Shown here in pieces: positions 27,628-36,945 of a stretch of 61,864 nucleotides of DNA; the first letter of the stretch is position 1; each line of letters starts with the position of its first letter. The position numbers and the translations under genes are program-made. The stretch covers positions 1 to 61,864 of the forward strand of contig JAQGMU010000609.1 of the NCBI GenBank assembly GCA_028292195.1, given 5' to 3'. This stretch comes from Ramlibacter sp. (GTDB lineage Bacteria; Pseudomonadota; Gammaproteobacteria; Burkholderiales; Burkholderiaceae_C). The notes beneath the pieces were generated by a model. It ran no database searches. It saw nothing but the letters and a program-made list of their open reading frames with translations, and had not been told where the DNA came from.

Positions 27628-28430
27628 ACTACGACAAGTACGAATACCTGCTGGTGGACGTCGATGCGGAAGGCATCGCCACCGTCACCATGAACCGCCC
27701 CGAGGTGCTGAACGCCGCCGGCGGGCCCATGCATCCGGAGCTGGAACGCATCTGGCTGGACCTCAACGACGACCCGCGCGTCAAGGCGGTGATCCTCACC
27801 GGAGCCGGCCGCGCGTTCTCCGCCGGGGGGGACCTGAAGGGCATGGCACAGCGCGTGGGCACCCAGGACAACTTCCGGCACTCGCTGCGGGCGCCGGCCA
27901 ATACCCGGCGGCTGTGGCAGAACATCCTGGAACTGCAGCCGCCCCTGATCGCCGCCATCAACGGTGACGCCATGGGCCTGGGCTGCTCGCTGGCGCTGTT
28001 CTGCGACATCACCGTGATCTCGGAAACCGCCCGCATCGGCGACACCCACGTGAAGGTCGGCCTGGTGGCCGGCGACGGCGGCGCGGTGATCATGCCGCTG
28101 CTGATCGGCGACGCCAAGGCCAAGGACATGCTGATGCGGGGACGCGTGGTGAATGGCAAGGAAGCGGGCGACATGGGCCTGATCACCCATGTGCGGCCGG
28201 CGGAAAAGGTCATGGAGGAAGCCCGCACGATCGCGCTTGAACTTGCGGCCCTTCCGGCTTACGCCGTCGCCTGGACCAAGCTGTCCGTCAACAAGCGGAT
28301 CAAGGACCAGCTCAACCTGGTCATCGACACCTCCATGGCGTTCGAGATGCTCACCATGAACAGCGGCGACCACGCCACCGCCGTCAAGGCCTTCGTGGAA
28401 AAGCGCAAGCCCGAGTTCAAGGGCGAGTGA
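27624..28430 (+). CDS. Crotonase-family enzyme with a His-X8-Asp motif
   Basis: FSAGGD, GDAMGLGCSLAL, GDTHVKVGLVAGDGG; SD AAGGA; ATGA overlap. Confidence 0.92.
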   Translation: MNYDKYEYLLVDVDAEGIATVTMNRPEVLNAAGGPMHPELERIWLDLNDDPRVKAVILTGAGRAFSAGGDLKGMAQRVGTQDNFRHSLRAPANTRRLWQNILELQPPLIAAINGDAMGLGCSLALFCDITVISETARIGDTHVKVGLVAGDGGAVIMPLLIGDAKAKDMLMRGRVVNGKEAGDMGLITHVRPAEKVMEEARTIALELAALPAYAVAWTKLSVNKRIKDQLNLVIDTSMAFEMLTMNSGDHATAVKAFVEKRKPEFKGE

Positions 28431-28438
28431 GGGCGGCG

Positions 28439-29590
28439 ATGGCGACCGACTGGAACGCACTGACCGACGAGGCCTTTCGCGCGACGGCGGCGCGCTTCTT
28501 CGAGGAGCATTGCCCGCCGGATGTGCGCCATCACCCGAAGCGCCAGCGCTGGGCGGCGGTCAAGCCCTGGTTCATGATCCTGTCGCGCCACGGCTGGGTG
28601 GCGCCCTCGTGGCCCGTGCAGTGGGGCGGCATGGGGCTGTCCCCGGTCAAGCAGCTGATCTACATCGAGGAGTACGAGCGCAGCGGGGCCCCCTTGATGC
28701 AGACCCAGTCGCTGACCAATTTCGGGCCGATCCTGATCGCCCGCGGCACCGAGGAGCAACGCCGCAAGTACCTGCCCCGGATCCTGTCCGGGGACGACGT
28801 CTGGGTGCAGGGCTATTCGGAACCGAACGCCGGCTCCGACCTCGCCAACCTGCGCACGGAAGCGCGGCTGGAGGGCGACGAGTTCATCATCAACGGCCAG
28901 AAGATCTGGACCACGATGGGCTTCGACGGCACCCACATGTTCGCGCTGGTGCGCACGGACAAGACGGTGAAGAAGCAGGCCGGCATCAGCTTCGTGATGT
29001 TCCCCATGGACCAGCCTGGAATCACGGTGCGGCCGATCGAGGACATCTCGGGCGGCGCGGAGTTCTGCGAGGTGTTCTTCGAGAACGTGCGGGCCCATCG
29101 AAGCGACCTGGTGGGCCAGCTCAATGGCGGCTGGGAGATCGCCAAGACCCTGCTGGGCTTCGAGCGGGTCTGGTCGGGGTCCCCCCGGCAGTCGCTGATC
29201 GGCCTCGCGCGGCTGGAGAAGGTGGCGAAGGCGAATGGCAGCTGGAGCGACCCCGTGTTCCAGGACAAGTACACCCAGGTGCTGTTCGACGTGCAGGACC
29301 TTGCAGCCATGTACGAGCGGCTGGTGCGTTCGCTCGCCGTCGGCAAGGGATTCGGCCTCGAGTCGTCGCTGCTGAAGATGACCGCCACCGAGACGAGCCA
29401 GCGTGTCACCGAGCTGCTGCTGGAGACCGCCGGCCAGGATGGCGCGCTCACCGGCAACGTGGAAATCGGAAACGAGTCGATCGACGTGCTCACGCCCTTC
29501 CTGGAATCCCGCGGCCCGACCATCTATGGAGGCTCCAACCAGATCCAGCGCAACATCCTCGCCAGGCAGTGGCTGGAGCTTCCCGGATGA
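28439..29590 (+). CDS. Acyl-CoA dehydrogenase (putative catalytic subunit of a heteromeric pair)
   Basis: WVQGYSEPNAGSDLA, NGQKIWTT, FCEVFF, LGFER, TIYGGSNQIQRN. Confidence 0.94.
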   Translation: MATDWNALTDEAFRATAARFFEEHCPPDVRHHPKRQRWAAVKPWFMILSRHGWVAPSWPVQWGGMGLSPVKQLIYIEEYERSGAPLMQTQSLTNFGPILIARGTEEQRRKYLPRILSGDDVWVQGYSEPNAGSDLANLRTEARLEGDEFIINGQKIWTTMGFDGTHMFALVRTDKTVKKQAGISFVMFPMDQPGITVRPIEDISGGAEFCEVFFENVRAHRSDLVGQLNGGWEIAKTLLGFERVWSGSPRQSLIGLARLEKVAKANGSWSDPVFQDKYTQVLFDVQDLAAMYERLVRSLAVGKGFGLESSLLKMTATETSQRVTELLLETAGQDGALTGNVEIGNESIDVLTPFLESRGPTIYGGSNQIQRNILARQWLELPG

Positions 29591-30768
29591 ATGGAAACGC
29601 CGTGTCACTGGACGGAGAGGCGCAGGACGTCGCCGGGATGCTGCGCGACAGCGCGCGTGACTTTGCCGCGCGCGAGCAGGACCTCGCCGCTTTCCGCCAG
29701 CGCATGCAGACGCTGCCCGGACATGACGCGGCCCAGTTCGCGCGGATGCACGAACTGGGCTGGCGTGCGGTCCTCGTCCGCGAGGAGCTTGGCGGCGCCG
29801 GGCTCGGCCTGCGCGAAGCCGCCGCCGTCGCGGAAGAACTCGGCAAGGCGCTGCTGGGCGAGCCCTATGTCGCAACGGCGGTACTGCCCATACGCCTCCT
29901 GCAGGGCGACTCCGCGTCCCCAGGGGCCGCCGCATTGCAGCGACGCGCCGCGGATGCAGAGGTCACGCTCGCATTGGCCTGGCAGGAGCAACCGGGCTCG
30001 ATAGACCCGGCGGCGATCACCGCGCAGGCCCGCCGCGCCGGAGCGGGCTTCTTGCTGTCGGGCCGCAAGGGCTGGGTCGCGGGCGCGGCAGCGGCGAGCG
30101 ACTTCCTGGTCTCCGCCAGGACAGCTGGCGGCATATCGGTGTTCCACGTGCCGCGCGATGCGCACGGGGTGAAGTTGACCCATTCCTGGCAGGCGGACGG
30201 GACACCCTCCTTCGCCCTGGAGCTGGCGGACGTGGAACTGCCCGCGTCGTCGGAGCTGCTGCCGGCGGGTTCGGGTGCCGGTGCGCTGGCGCGCGCGCTC
30301 GATGCGGCGGCCGTGGTGGCCAGCGCGGAATTGATGGGCGTGGCGCGGGCCGCTTTCGAGATGACCCTCGCCTACATGCGCACCCGAGTGCAGTTCGAAA
30401 AGCCGATCGGCAGCTTCCAGGCGCTCCAGCACAAGGCCGCTGACCTGCTGGTGCAGCGGGAGCTGGGCGCCGCCGTGCTGGAAGAAGCGGTCGCTGCATT
30501 CGATGCGGGAGACAAATCCGACGCGGAACTCGGGCGCATCGCCAGCCGATGCAAGGCGCGCTGCAGCGATGCGGCCCTGCGCATCACGCGGGAGTGCATC
30601 CAGCTGCACGGCGCCATCGGCTACACCCACGAGTACGACATCGGCCTGTATCTCAAGCGCGCGCTGGTGCTGGCGGCGTGGCTGGGGAACGGCTCCCAGC
30701 ACCGGCGCAGGCACTTTGCCTTGTCCTCGGTCCACCCAGGAGAGCACCATGAGCCATTCAAGACGTGA
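29587..30768 (+). CDS. Acyl-CoA dehydrogenase (putative partner subunit)
   Basis: LSGRKGWV, RVQFEKPIGSFQALQHK, QLHGAIGYTHEYDIGLYLKRA; ATGA overlap. Confidence 0.93.
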   Translation: MNGNAVSLDGEAQDVAGMLRDSARDFAAREQDLAAFRQRMQTLPGHDAAQFARMHELGWRAVLVREELGGAGLGLREAAAVAEELGKALLGEPYVATAVLPIRLLQGDSASPGAAALQRRAADAEVTLALAWQEQPGSIDPAAITAQARRAGAGFLLSGRKGWVAGAAAASDFLVSARTAGGISVFHVPRDAHGVKLTHSWQADGTPSFALELADVELPASSELLPAGSGAGALARALDAAAVVASAELMGVARAAFEMTLAYMRTRVQFEKPIGSFQALQHKAADLLVQRELGAAVLEEAVAAFDAGDKSDAELGRIASRCKARCSDAALRITRECIQLHGAIGYTHEYDIGLYLKRALVLAAWLGNGSQHRRRHFALSSVHPGEHHEPFKT

Positions 30769-31732
30769 CGCCATCGCCCGCCTGGGCGCCCTGGCCCTGG
30801 CCGGCGCGCTGCCGCGGCTGTCGCAGGGGCAAACCCTGGAGACGGCAAGGATCATCACGGGGTTCGCGCCCGGCGGCGTTTCAGACACGGTCTCGCGCGC
30901 CGTCGCGCAGAAACTGGCGCCCGGCTACGCCCGCAGCGTGGTGGTGGAGAACCGCACCGGTGCCGGCGGGCAGATCGCGGTCCAGTACGTCAAGGACCAA
31001 CCGGCCGACGGGACCACCATCCTGCACACCAGCATGTCGATGCTGGGGATCTTTCCGCACACGTACAAGAAATTGCCCTACGACCCGCGCGAGGTGACGC
31101 CGGTGTCCATGACGAGCCTGATCGAATTCGGCATCGCGGTGGGTCCGGCGGTGCCCGCGAGCGTGCATACGGCGACGGACTTCTTTGCCTGGTGCAAGGC
31201 CAATCCGGGCAAGGCCAGCTTCGGGACGCCGGCCAACGGTTCGGCGCCGCACATGGCAGGCGTGCTGATGGGCCGCCAGGCCGGCGTGGACATGACGCAC
31301 GTCGCTTTCCGCGGCAGCCAGCCAGCCATCCTCGACATGATCGGGGGGCAGCTTCCCGCCGTCATCTGTCCGGTCGGTGAGTTCAGCCAGCACATCGCCG
31401 CCGGCCGCTGCCGCGTCATCGGCACCGGTGGGCAGCAGCGCAGCAAATTCGCGCCCACGGTCGCCACCCTTTCCGAACAGGGGTTCAAGGACATGGTGTT
31501 CACCGAGACCGACGGCTTGTACGTACCGGCGCGCACGCCACGCGAAATCGTGCTCCGCCTGAACAGCGCCATTCGTGCCGCGGTCGCGCACAAGGACGTG
31601 GTGGATCGGCTGGCCGTGGTGGGGCTGGACGCGCAATCCTCGACACCGGAGGAATACGCGGCCATGTTGCAGCAGTACACGGCGGAGTGGGGTGTCCGGG
31701 TGAAGGCCGTCGGCTTCACCGCCGAAAGCTGA
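30749..31732 (+). CDS. Bug/TctC substrate-binding protein
   Basis: SRRDAI leader, IITGFAPGGVSD, VENRTGAGG, HVAFRG, WGVRVKAVGFTAE. Confidence 0.93.
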   Translation: MSHSRRDAIARLGALALAGALPRLSQGQTLETARIITGFAPGGVSDTVSRAVAQKLAPGYARSVVVENRTGAGGQIAVQYVKDQPADGTTILHTSMSMLGIFPHTYKKLPYDPREVTPVSMTSLIEFGIAVGPAVPASVHTATDFFAWCKANPGKASFGTPANGSAPHMAGVLMGRQAGVDMTHVAFRGSQPAILDMIGGQLPAVICPVGEFSQHIAAGRCRVIGTGGQQRSKFAPTVATLSEQGFKDMVFTETDGLYVPARTPREIVLRLNSAIRAAVAHKDVVDRLAVVGLDAQSSTPEEYAAMLQQYTAEWGVRVKAVGFTAES

Positions 31733-31746
31733 GGGCTTTGCGAAAA

Positions 31747-33303
31747 ATGGAACTTGCGCTTCCCGCCACCCTCGGCGACATGATCGAGGACAACGCGCGC
31801 CAGTATCCCAACGACATCGCCTTCATCTGCGGCGATACGCGCCTGACCCATCGTGCGTTCGCTGCCCGGGCCAGGCAGCTGGCGAGCGGCCTGCACAAGC
31901 TGGGTGCGCGCCGGCAGGATCGCATTGCGATCCTGTCCCAGAACCGGCTGGAGTTCAACGAGGTCTACGGCGCCGGCGAGCTGGCCGGCTACATCACCGC
32001 CACCGTCAACTTCCGGCTGGCCGCGCCGGAGATCGAATGGATCGTCAACGATGCGTCGCCGCGCATCTTCGTCTTCGAGAAGGAATACCTGCCGCTGGTG
32101 CAGCAGCTGCGGCCGCGGCTGGGCAGCGTCGAGGCCTTCATCTGCATCGACGGCGAAGCCGACGGGGTGCTCTCGTACGAGCAGGTCCTTGCCAGTGGCG
32201 ATGAGGCAGGCCCACCGTTTCGCGCCCGGCCCGAGGACATTGCCTACATCATCTACACCAGCGGCACCACCGGCCGGCCCAAGGGCTGCATGCTGGGACA
32301 GCGCGAGGAACGCAATACGGCGCTGATGATGAACCACTCGCAGCGCAGCGCCCCCGGCGACGTCACGCTGCTGATGATGCCGTTCTTCCACGTCGGCGCC
32401 AAGCACATGGCGAACACCCAGCATATCTACGGCGGCACGGTCGTCGTGCAGCGCGGCTTCGATGCCAGGGCGGTGCTGGAAGCGATCCAGCGCGAACGTG
32501 TGACGGTTGCGCTTATGGCGCCGATCATGGTGCAGGGGATGCTCGAGTACCCAAAGCTGGCGCAGTACGACCTGAGCAGCCTGCACACCATCATCTACGC
32601 CGCCGCGCCGATGCCGACGCCGGTGCTGCGTCAGGGCTTGCGCCAGGTGGGGAACGTGTTCGTCAACATGTATGGCCAGACCGAAATCTCGTCGACCGCC
32701 CTGATGCAATCGCTGCATCGCCCGGACGGCACCGAAGCGGAACGCGCGCGCCTGGGCTCGGTCGGCCAGCCTTTCCTGGGCACCCGCATCCGCATCGTGG
32801 ACGACGCCGGCCGTGACTGTCCGCAGGGCATGCCCGGCGAGATCCTGGTCAGGAACGAGGGGCACTTCCGGGGCTACTGGAACAACACGGCCGCCACGCT
32901 CGAAACCCTGCGCGACGGCTGGGTGCATTCGGGGGACATCGGCAAGCTGGATGACGAAGGCTTTCTTTACCTGGTGGACCGCAAGAAGGACATGATCATT
33001 TCGGGCGGCGAAAACATCTATTCCCGCGAAGTCGAGGAGGCGCTGGTGCAGCACCCCGCGGTCTCCGAGGCGGCAGTGGTCGGCGTGCCGGATGCGAAAT
33101 GGGGCGAGGCGGTCTGCGCGGTGGTCGTGCTGCGGCCCGCGCATGACGCCGATGAAAGCGCTCTCATTGCGCATTGCCGGACGCTGATCGCCAGCTACAA
33201 GAAGCCGAAGTTCGTTGTCTTCGCCCGGGAAATTCCCAAGATGCCCAATGGCAAGACCGACAAGATCCAGCTGCGCCGGGCCCACGCGTCGCTGGGCAGC
33301 TGA
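31747..33303 (+). CDS. AMP-binding acyl-CoA ligase (paralog of 26029-27627)
   Basis: YTSGTTGRPKG, YGQTE, WVHSGDIG, DRKKDMIISGGENIY. Confidence 0.95.
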   Translation: MELALPATLGDMIEDNARQYPNDIAFICGDTRLTHRAFAARARQLASGLHKLGARRQDRIAILSQNRLEFNEVYGAGELAGYITATVNFRLAAPEIEWIVNDASPRIFVFEKEYLPLVQQLRPRLGSVEAFICIDGEADGVLSYEQVLASGDEAGPPFRARPEDIAYIIYTSGTTGRPKGCMLGQREERNTALMMNHSQRSAPGDVTLLMMPFFHVGAKHMANTQHIYGGTVVVQRGFDARAVLEAIQRERVTVALMAPIMVQGMLEYPKLAQYDLSSLHTIIYAAAPMPTPVLRQGLRQVGNVFVNMYGQTEISSTALMQSLHRPDGTEAERARLGSVGQPFLGTRIRIVDDAGRDCPQGMPGEILVRNEGHFRGYWNNTAATLETLRDGWVHSGDIGKLDDEGFLYLVDRKKDMIISGGENIYSREVEEALVQHPAVSEAAVVGVPDAKWGEAVCAVVVLRPAHDADESALIAHCRTLIASYKKPKFVVFAREIPKMPNGKTDKIQLRRAHASLGS

Positions 33304-33317
33304 GAGGAGACGGTGCG

Positions 33318-34481
33318 ATGAGCTTCTACGAATCGGCTGAAGTCGCGGCGGTCCGCCAGGCGGCGCGCAAGTTCGCCGCCGAAGTCGCGCCGCCCGAGAA
33401 GGCGGCCGAATGGGACCTGGCCAACGAGGTGCCGCGCGAACTGCTGCTGCAGATGGCGAGCCTGGGTTTCAGCGGCCTGGTGGTGCCCACCGAATATGGC
33501 GGACGCGGCCGCCACGTGATGGGCTTCCTGGCCGTCATCGAAGAACTCGCGCGGCGCAGCTTCGGCCTGTCCACGCTGTACGCCTTAAATGCCGGTTACG
33601 GCGGGCTGAACCTTTCGGTTTCCGGCAGCGAGGAGCAGAAGCGGCGCTTCCTGCCCGACATCCTGGCCGGCCGCCTGATGTTCGCGTACGGCCTGTCCGA
33701 GCCGGATGTCGGCGCCGACCTGGCCAGCGTGAGCACCACGGTGCAGCGCAAGGGCGACCAGGTCGTCGTCCGCGGCCGGAAGCGCTGGACCTCGGGCGCC
33801 CAGCATGCGGACTACATCATTTGCCTGGCGCGCAGCGGACCGGAAGGGGAGCGGCACAGGAACCTGTCAATGGTGCTGGTTCCGACTTCGGCGCCGGGCG
33901 TGCAGATCACCAACATCCGGATCCTCGGCAGCGGCGGGAACGCCCCGGCGGACGTGGTGTTCGACGACGTGACAGTGCCGCTCGCCGATGTGATGGGCGG
34001 CGAGGCCGGTTGGAACGAAGGCTGGAGCCAGCTGGTCGGCCCGGCACTGGAAATCGAGAAGATCCAGCCCGCCGCGATGGCGCTCGGCATCGCCGAAGCT
34101 GCGGTCGAAGAAGCCTGGACCTACAGTGAGCAACGCAGGCAGTTCGGCCGCGTCATCAGCGCCAACCAGTCGATCCGCCACGACCTGGCCGATGCCCGCA
34201 CCATGCTGCACGCCTGCCGCCTCATGCTGCAGGACGCCGCCTGGCGGGTCGACCATCGCGAGGCGAGCGCGGTCGAGACCTGCATGACCAAGCTTTTCCT
34301 CTCCGAGCAATGCCGCGACGTGGTGCTCTCGTGCCAGCAGGTGATGGGCGCGCCCGGCTACGCCGCGGGACACCAGATGGAACGGCTGGTGCGCGACAGC
34401 CTGTGCTTCCCGATCATCGGCGGCTCCTCTGCCATCCAGCGCAACAACATCAGCAACCTCTTGAAGCTCGCCCGCGGCTGA
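33318..34481 (+). CDS. Acyl-CoA dehydrogenase
   Basis: YGLSEPDVGADL, GRKRWTS, RRQFGR, QVMGAPGY, IIGGSSAIQRN; SD GAGGAG. Confidence 0.94.
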   Translation: MSFYESAEVAAVRQAARKFAAEVAPPEKAAEWDLANEVPRELLLQMASLGFSGLVVPTEYGGRGRHVMGFLAVIEELARRSFGLSTLYALNAGYGGLNLSVSGSEEQKRRFLPDILAGRLMFAYGLSEPDVGADLASVSTTVQRKGDQVVVRGRKRWTSGAQHADYIICLARSGPEGERHRNLSMVLVPTSAPGVQITNIRILGSGGNAPADVVFDDVTVPLADVMGGEAGWNEGWSQLVGPALEIEKIQPAAMALGIAEAAVEEAWTYSEQRRQFGRVISANQSIRHDLADARTMLHACRLMLQDAAWRVDHREASAVETCMTKLFLSEQCRDVVLSCQQVMGAPGYAAGHQMERLVRDSLCFPIIGGSSAIQRNNISNLLKLARG

Positions 34482-34502
34482 CGCGGGCAAAAGGAGACAG
34501 GC

Positions 34503-35054
34503 ATGAGAAGAGTGGTCACGGGACACGACAGCAACGGCAAGGCCGTTGTGCTGAGCGACGGCAATCCGGGCGTGGAGTCGTCCAGCCAGACGCGCAAGGC
34601 GGTGAACGTCTGGTTCACCGATGCGACGCCGGCGCCGCTGGCGGCCGGCCCGGCGGAAACCATCGACCGTCCCTACTCGATCGTTCCGTCGCCCGGGGGT
34701 ACTTCCTTTCGCCTCTTCGAACTGCCGCCCGACGAGCAGGCGATCGGCGGCCGATCGCCTGCCGAAATCAAGGCGGCGTTCAACGCCGCCGGCGGCGGCT
34801 CGTTTTCCACGACCAAGGCGGATTCACCGCACCCCCTGATGCACCGGACCGAAACCATCGATTACGGCATCGTGCTGGAAGGCGAGATCTTCCTGCTCGT
34901 CGACGACGCGGAGGTTCACCTGAAGCAAGGCGACGTGATCGTCCAGCGCGGCACCAACCACGCGTGGAGCAACCGTTCCGGTGCCGTGTGCCGAATGGCC
35001 TTCGTCGTGGTCGACGGCAAGTTCGAGCCGGAACTGGCGAAAGCGCTGGCGTGA
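34503..35054 (+). CDS. Cupin domain protein
   Basis: RRVVTGHD.NGKAV, MHRTETIDYGIVLEGE, GDVIVQRGTNHAWSN; SD AAGGAG. Confidence 0.92.
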   Translation: MRRVVTGHDSNGKAVVLSDGNPGVESSSQTRKAVNVWFTDATPAPLAAGPAETIDRPYSIVPSPGGTSFRLFELPPDEQAIGGRSPAEIKAAFNAAGGGSFSTTKADSPHPLMHRTETIDYGIVLEGEIFLLVDDAEVHLKQGDVIVQRGTNHAWSNRSGAVCRMAFVVVDGKFEPELAKALA

Positions 35055-35079
35055 GCCGGCCCATCCCGAGGAATCCAAC

Positions 35080-36048
35080 ATGACCCTGCGCCGAAACCTG
35101 CTTCGCGCGATTGCCGCCGCAACCGCAATCGGCCTCCTGCCCGCCGCGTGGGCAGCCTACCCGGACAAGCCGATCCGGCTGGTGGTCCCATACGCAGCCG
35201 GGGGCGGCGCGGACGTGCTGGGCCGCTTCCTTGGGCAGAAATTGAGCGAGAGGCTGGGCGTTCCGGTGATCGTCGAGAACAAACCGGGTGCGAGCACGCT
35301 GATCGGCGGCGAGTTCGTCGCCAAGGCGCCGGCCGACGGCTACACCCTCCTGATGGGCACGTCGTCGATGGCGCTGCTGCCCCTGCGCAAGCAGGGCACG
35401 ACGGTCGACATGCGCAAGGACCTGGCGCCGATCTCCGCTTTCGCCGAGACGCCTTATGTGATCCTGGCCAACGTCAACGCGCCCTTCAAGACGCTGCCGG
35501 AGATGGTCGCGTATGCGAAAGCGAATCCCGGGAAACTCAGCTACGGCGTGAACGGCGCCGGCACCTCCACGCACCTCGTGGGGGAATACTTCAACAGCAT
35601 GGCGGGCATCAAGATGACGGCCGTCCCGTACAAGGGCAGCGGACCCCAGACCATCGGCCTGCTGGGGGGCGAGACGCTGGTCTCGGTGGATGGCATCGGC
35701 GCCACCAATCCGCACATCAAGGAAGGCAAGATCAACCTCCTGGCGACCACGGGCAGCGCGCGCAGCAACATCTTTCCGAACGCGCCTACGGTATCCGAGT
35801 CGATCCCCGGCTTCGTCGTGAACGGCTGGTATGGGCTGATGGCGACGCCTGGCACGCCGAAGGAGGCCATCGACAAGTTGCAGGCCGCGGTGGCCGCCAT
35901 CGCGGCGCAACCCGATGTGCGTGAACGCCTGGCGGGCCTTTCCCTCAATGCCGTGAGCACCACGCCCGCGGAGTACAAGCGGCTGATCGAGGCCGACGTG
36001 GACAAGTGGACCAAGGTGGTCCGCGAAGCCAACCTGGTGCTCGAATAG
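35080..36048 (+). CDS. Bug/TctC substrate-binding protein (close paralog of 12046-13014)
   Basis: YPDKPIRLVVPYAAGG, LGQKLSERLGVPVIVENKPGASTL, PYKGSGPQT. Confidence 0.95.
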   Translation: MTLRRNLLRAIAAATAIGLLPAAWAAYPDKPIRLVVPYAAGGGADVLGRFLGQKLSERLGVPVIVENKPGASTLIGGEFVAKAPADGYTLLMGTSSMALLPLRKQGTTVDMRKDLAPISAFAETPYVILANVNAPFKTLPEMVAYAKANPGKLSYGVNGAGTSTHLVGEYFNSMAGIKMTAVPYKGSGPQTIGLLGGETLVSVDGIGATNPHIKEGKINLLATTGSARSNIFPNAPTVSESIPGFVVNGWYGLMATPGTPKEAIDKLQAAVAAIAAQPDVRERLAGLSLNAVSTTPAEYKRLIEADVDKWTKVVREANLVLE

Positions 36049-36060
36049 GCGCCGGATGCC

Positions 36061-36810
36061 TCAGGTGGCGGTGAGGCCGCTGTCCACCGGCAGGATGTGG
36101 CCCGTCACCCGGCGGGACTCGTCCGAGGCGAGATAGAGGGCGGCCAACGCCACGTCGATCGGCTCGGCGGGACCCAGCAGGTTGCGTCCGTCGTTGCCCG
36201 GCTGGCGGTTCTTGCGCAGTTCCATCACCCGCGGTGTCATGGTGGTGGTGGGCGCCAGCGCGTTCACCCGCACCTTCATCGGCGCGAACTCCACGGCCAT
36301 CGACCGGGTGAGCGCGACCAATCCACCCTTGGATGCAGTGTAGGCATCCAGGCGATGCAGTCCCATCAGCGCGACGACCGATGCGGTATTGATCACGGAG
36401 CCGCCGCCGGCCTTCGCGATCTCGGGAATGCCGTGCCGGCAGCAGAGCCACGCGCCGAACAGGTTCAAGCGGATGGCGCGCCAGAATTCCTCCGCGGGCG
36501 CCTCCGTGACGGGGCCGTCGGCGGCGCTGGAGGCGCCGGCATTGTTGTACAGCACGTCGAGCTTTCCGTAGGTGGCAGTCGCCGCCTGGATCGCAGCCTG
36601 CACCGAAGCTTCATCGGTCACGTCGGTCTGGATGAAGACCGCCTGCCCGCCGGCGGAGCGGATCTGGCTTTCAACGGCCCGGCCGTCTTCCGCCTTGAGT
36701 TCGGCCACCACGATGCGCGCACCCTCGCGCGCAAAGAGGCGGGCGGCTTCCGCGCCGATGCCGTTGGCCGCGCCCGTGATCAGGGCCACCTTGCCTTCGA
36801 GTCTGCCCAT
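36061..36810 (-). CDS. Short-chain dehydrogenase/reductase
   Basis: RLEGKVALITGAANGIG, YNNAG, YTASKG; SD GGAGG. Confidence 0.94.
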   Translation of the reverse strand: MGRLEGKVALITGAANGIGAEAARLFAREGARIVVAELKAEDGRAVESQIRSAGGQAVFIQTDVTDEASVQAAIQAATATYGKLDVLYNNAGASSAADGPVTEAPAEEFWRAIRLNLFGAWLCCRHGIPEIAKAGGGSVINTASVVALMGLHRLDAYTASKGGLVALTRSMAVEFAPMKVRVNALAPTTTMTPRVMELRKNRQPGNDGRNLLGPAEPIDVALAALYLASDESRRVTGHILPVDSGLTAT

Positions 36811-36862
36811 GCGTGCCTCCGTGCTGTGAGCTGCGTAGTGTCGGCGCATCCGCGCCCGTTGA

Positions 36863-36878
36863 CGCATCACACTCCTGC
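36863..36878 (-). promoter_or_regulatory. Degenerate copy of the repeated operator-like motif
   Basis: CGCATCACACTCCTGC matches 18955-18970 (CGCATCACACTCTTGC) at 15/16; reverse-complement core CAGGAGTGTG; upstream of SDR 36810. Confidence 0.55.
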
Positions 36879-36945
36879 GGAATTGGCGGAGGGCCGGTCG
36901 CCGCCGTTGGGAGCCACTCCACGGCCGCCGGAGCGAGCGCAGCGG

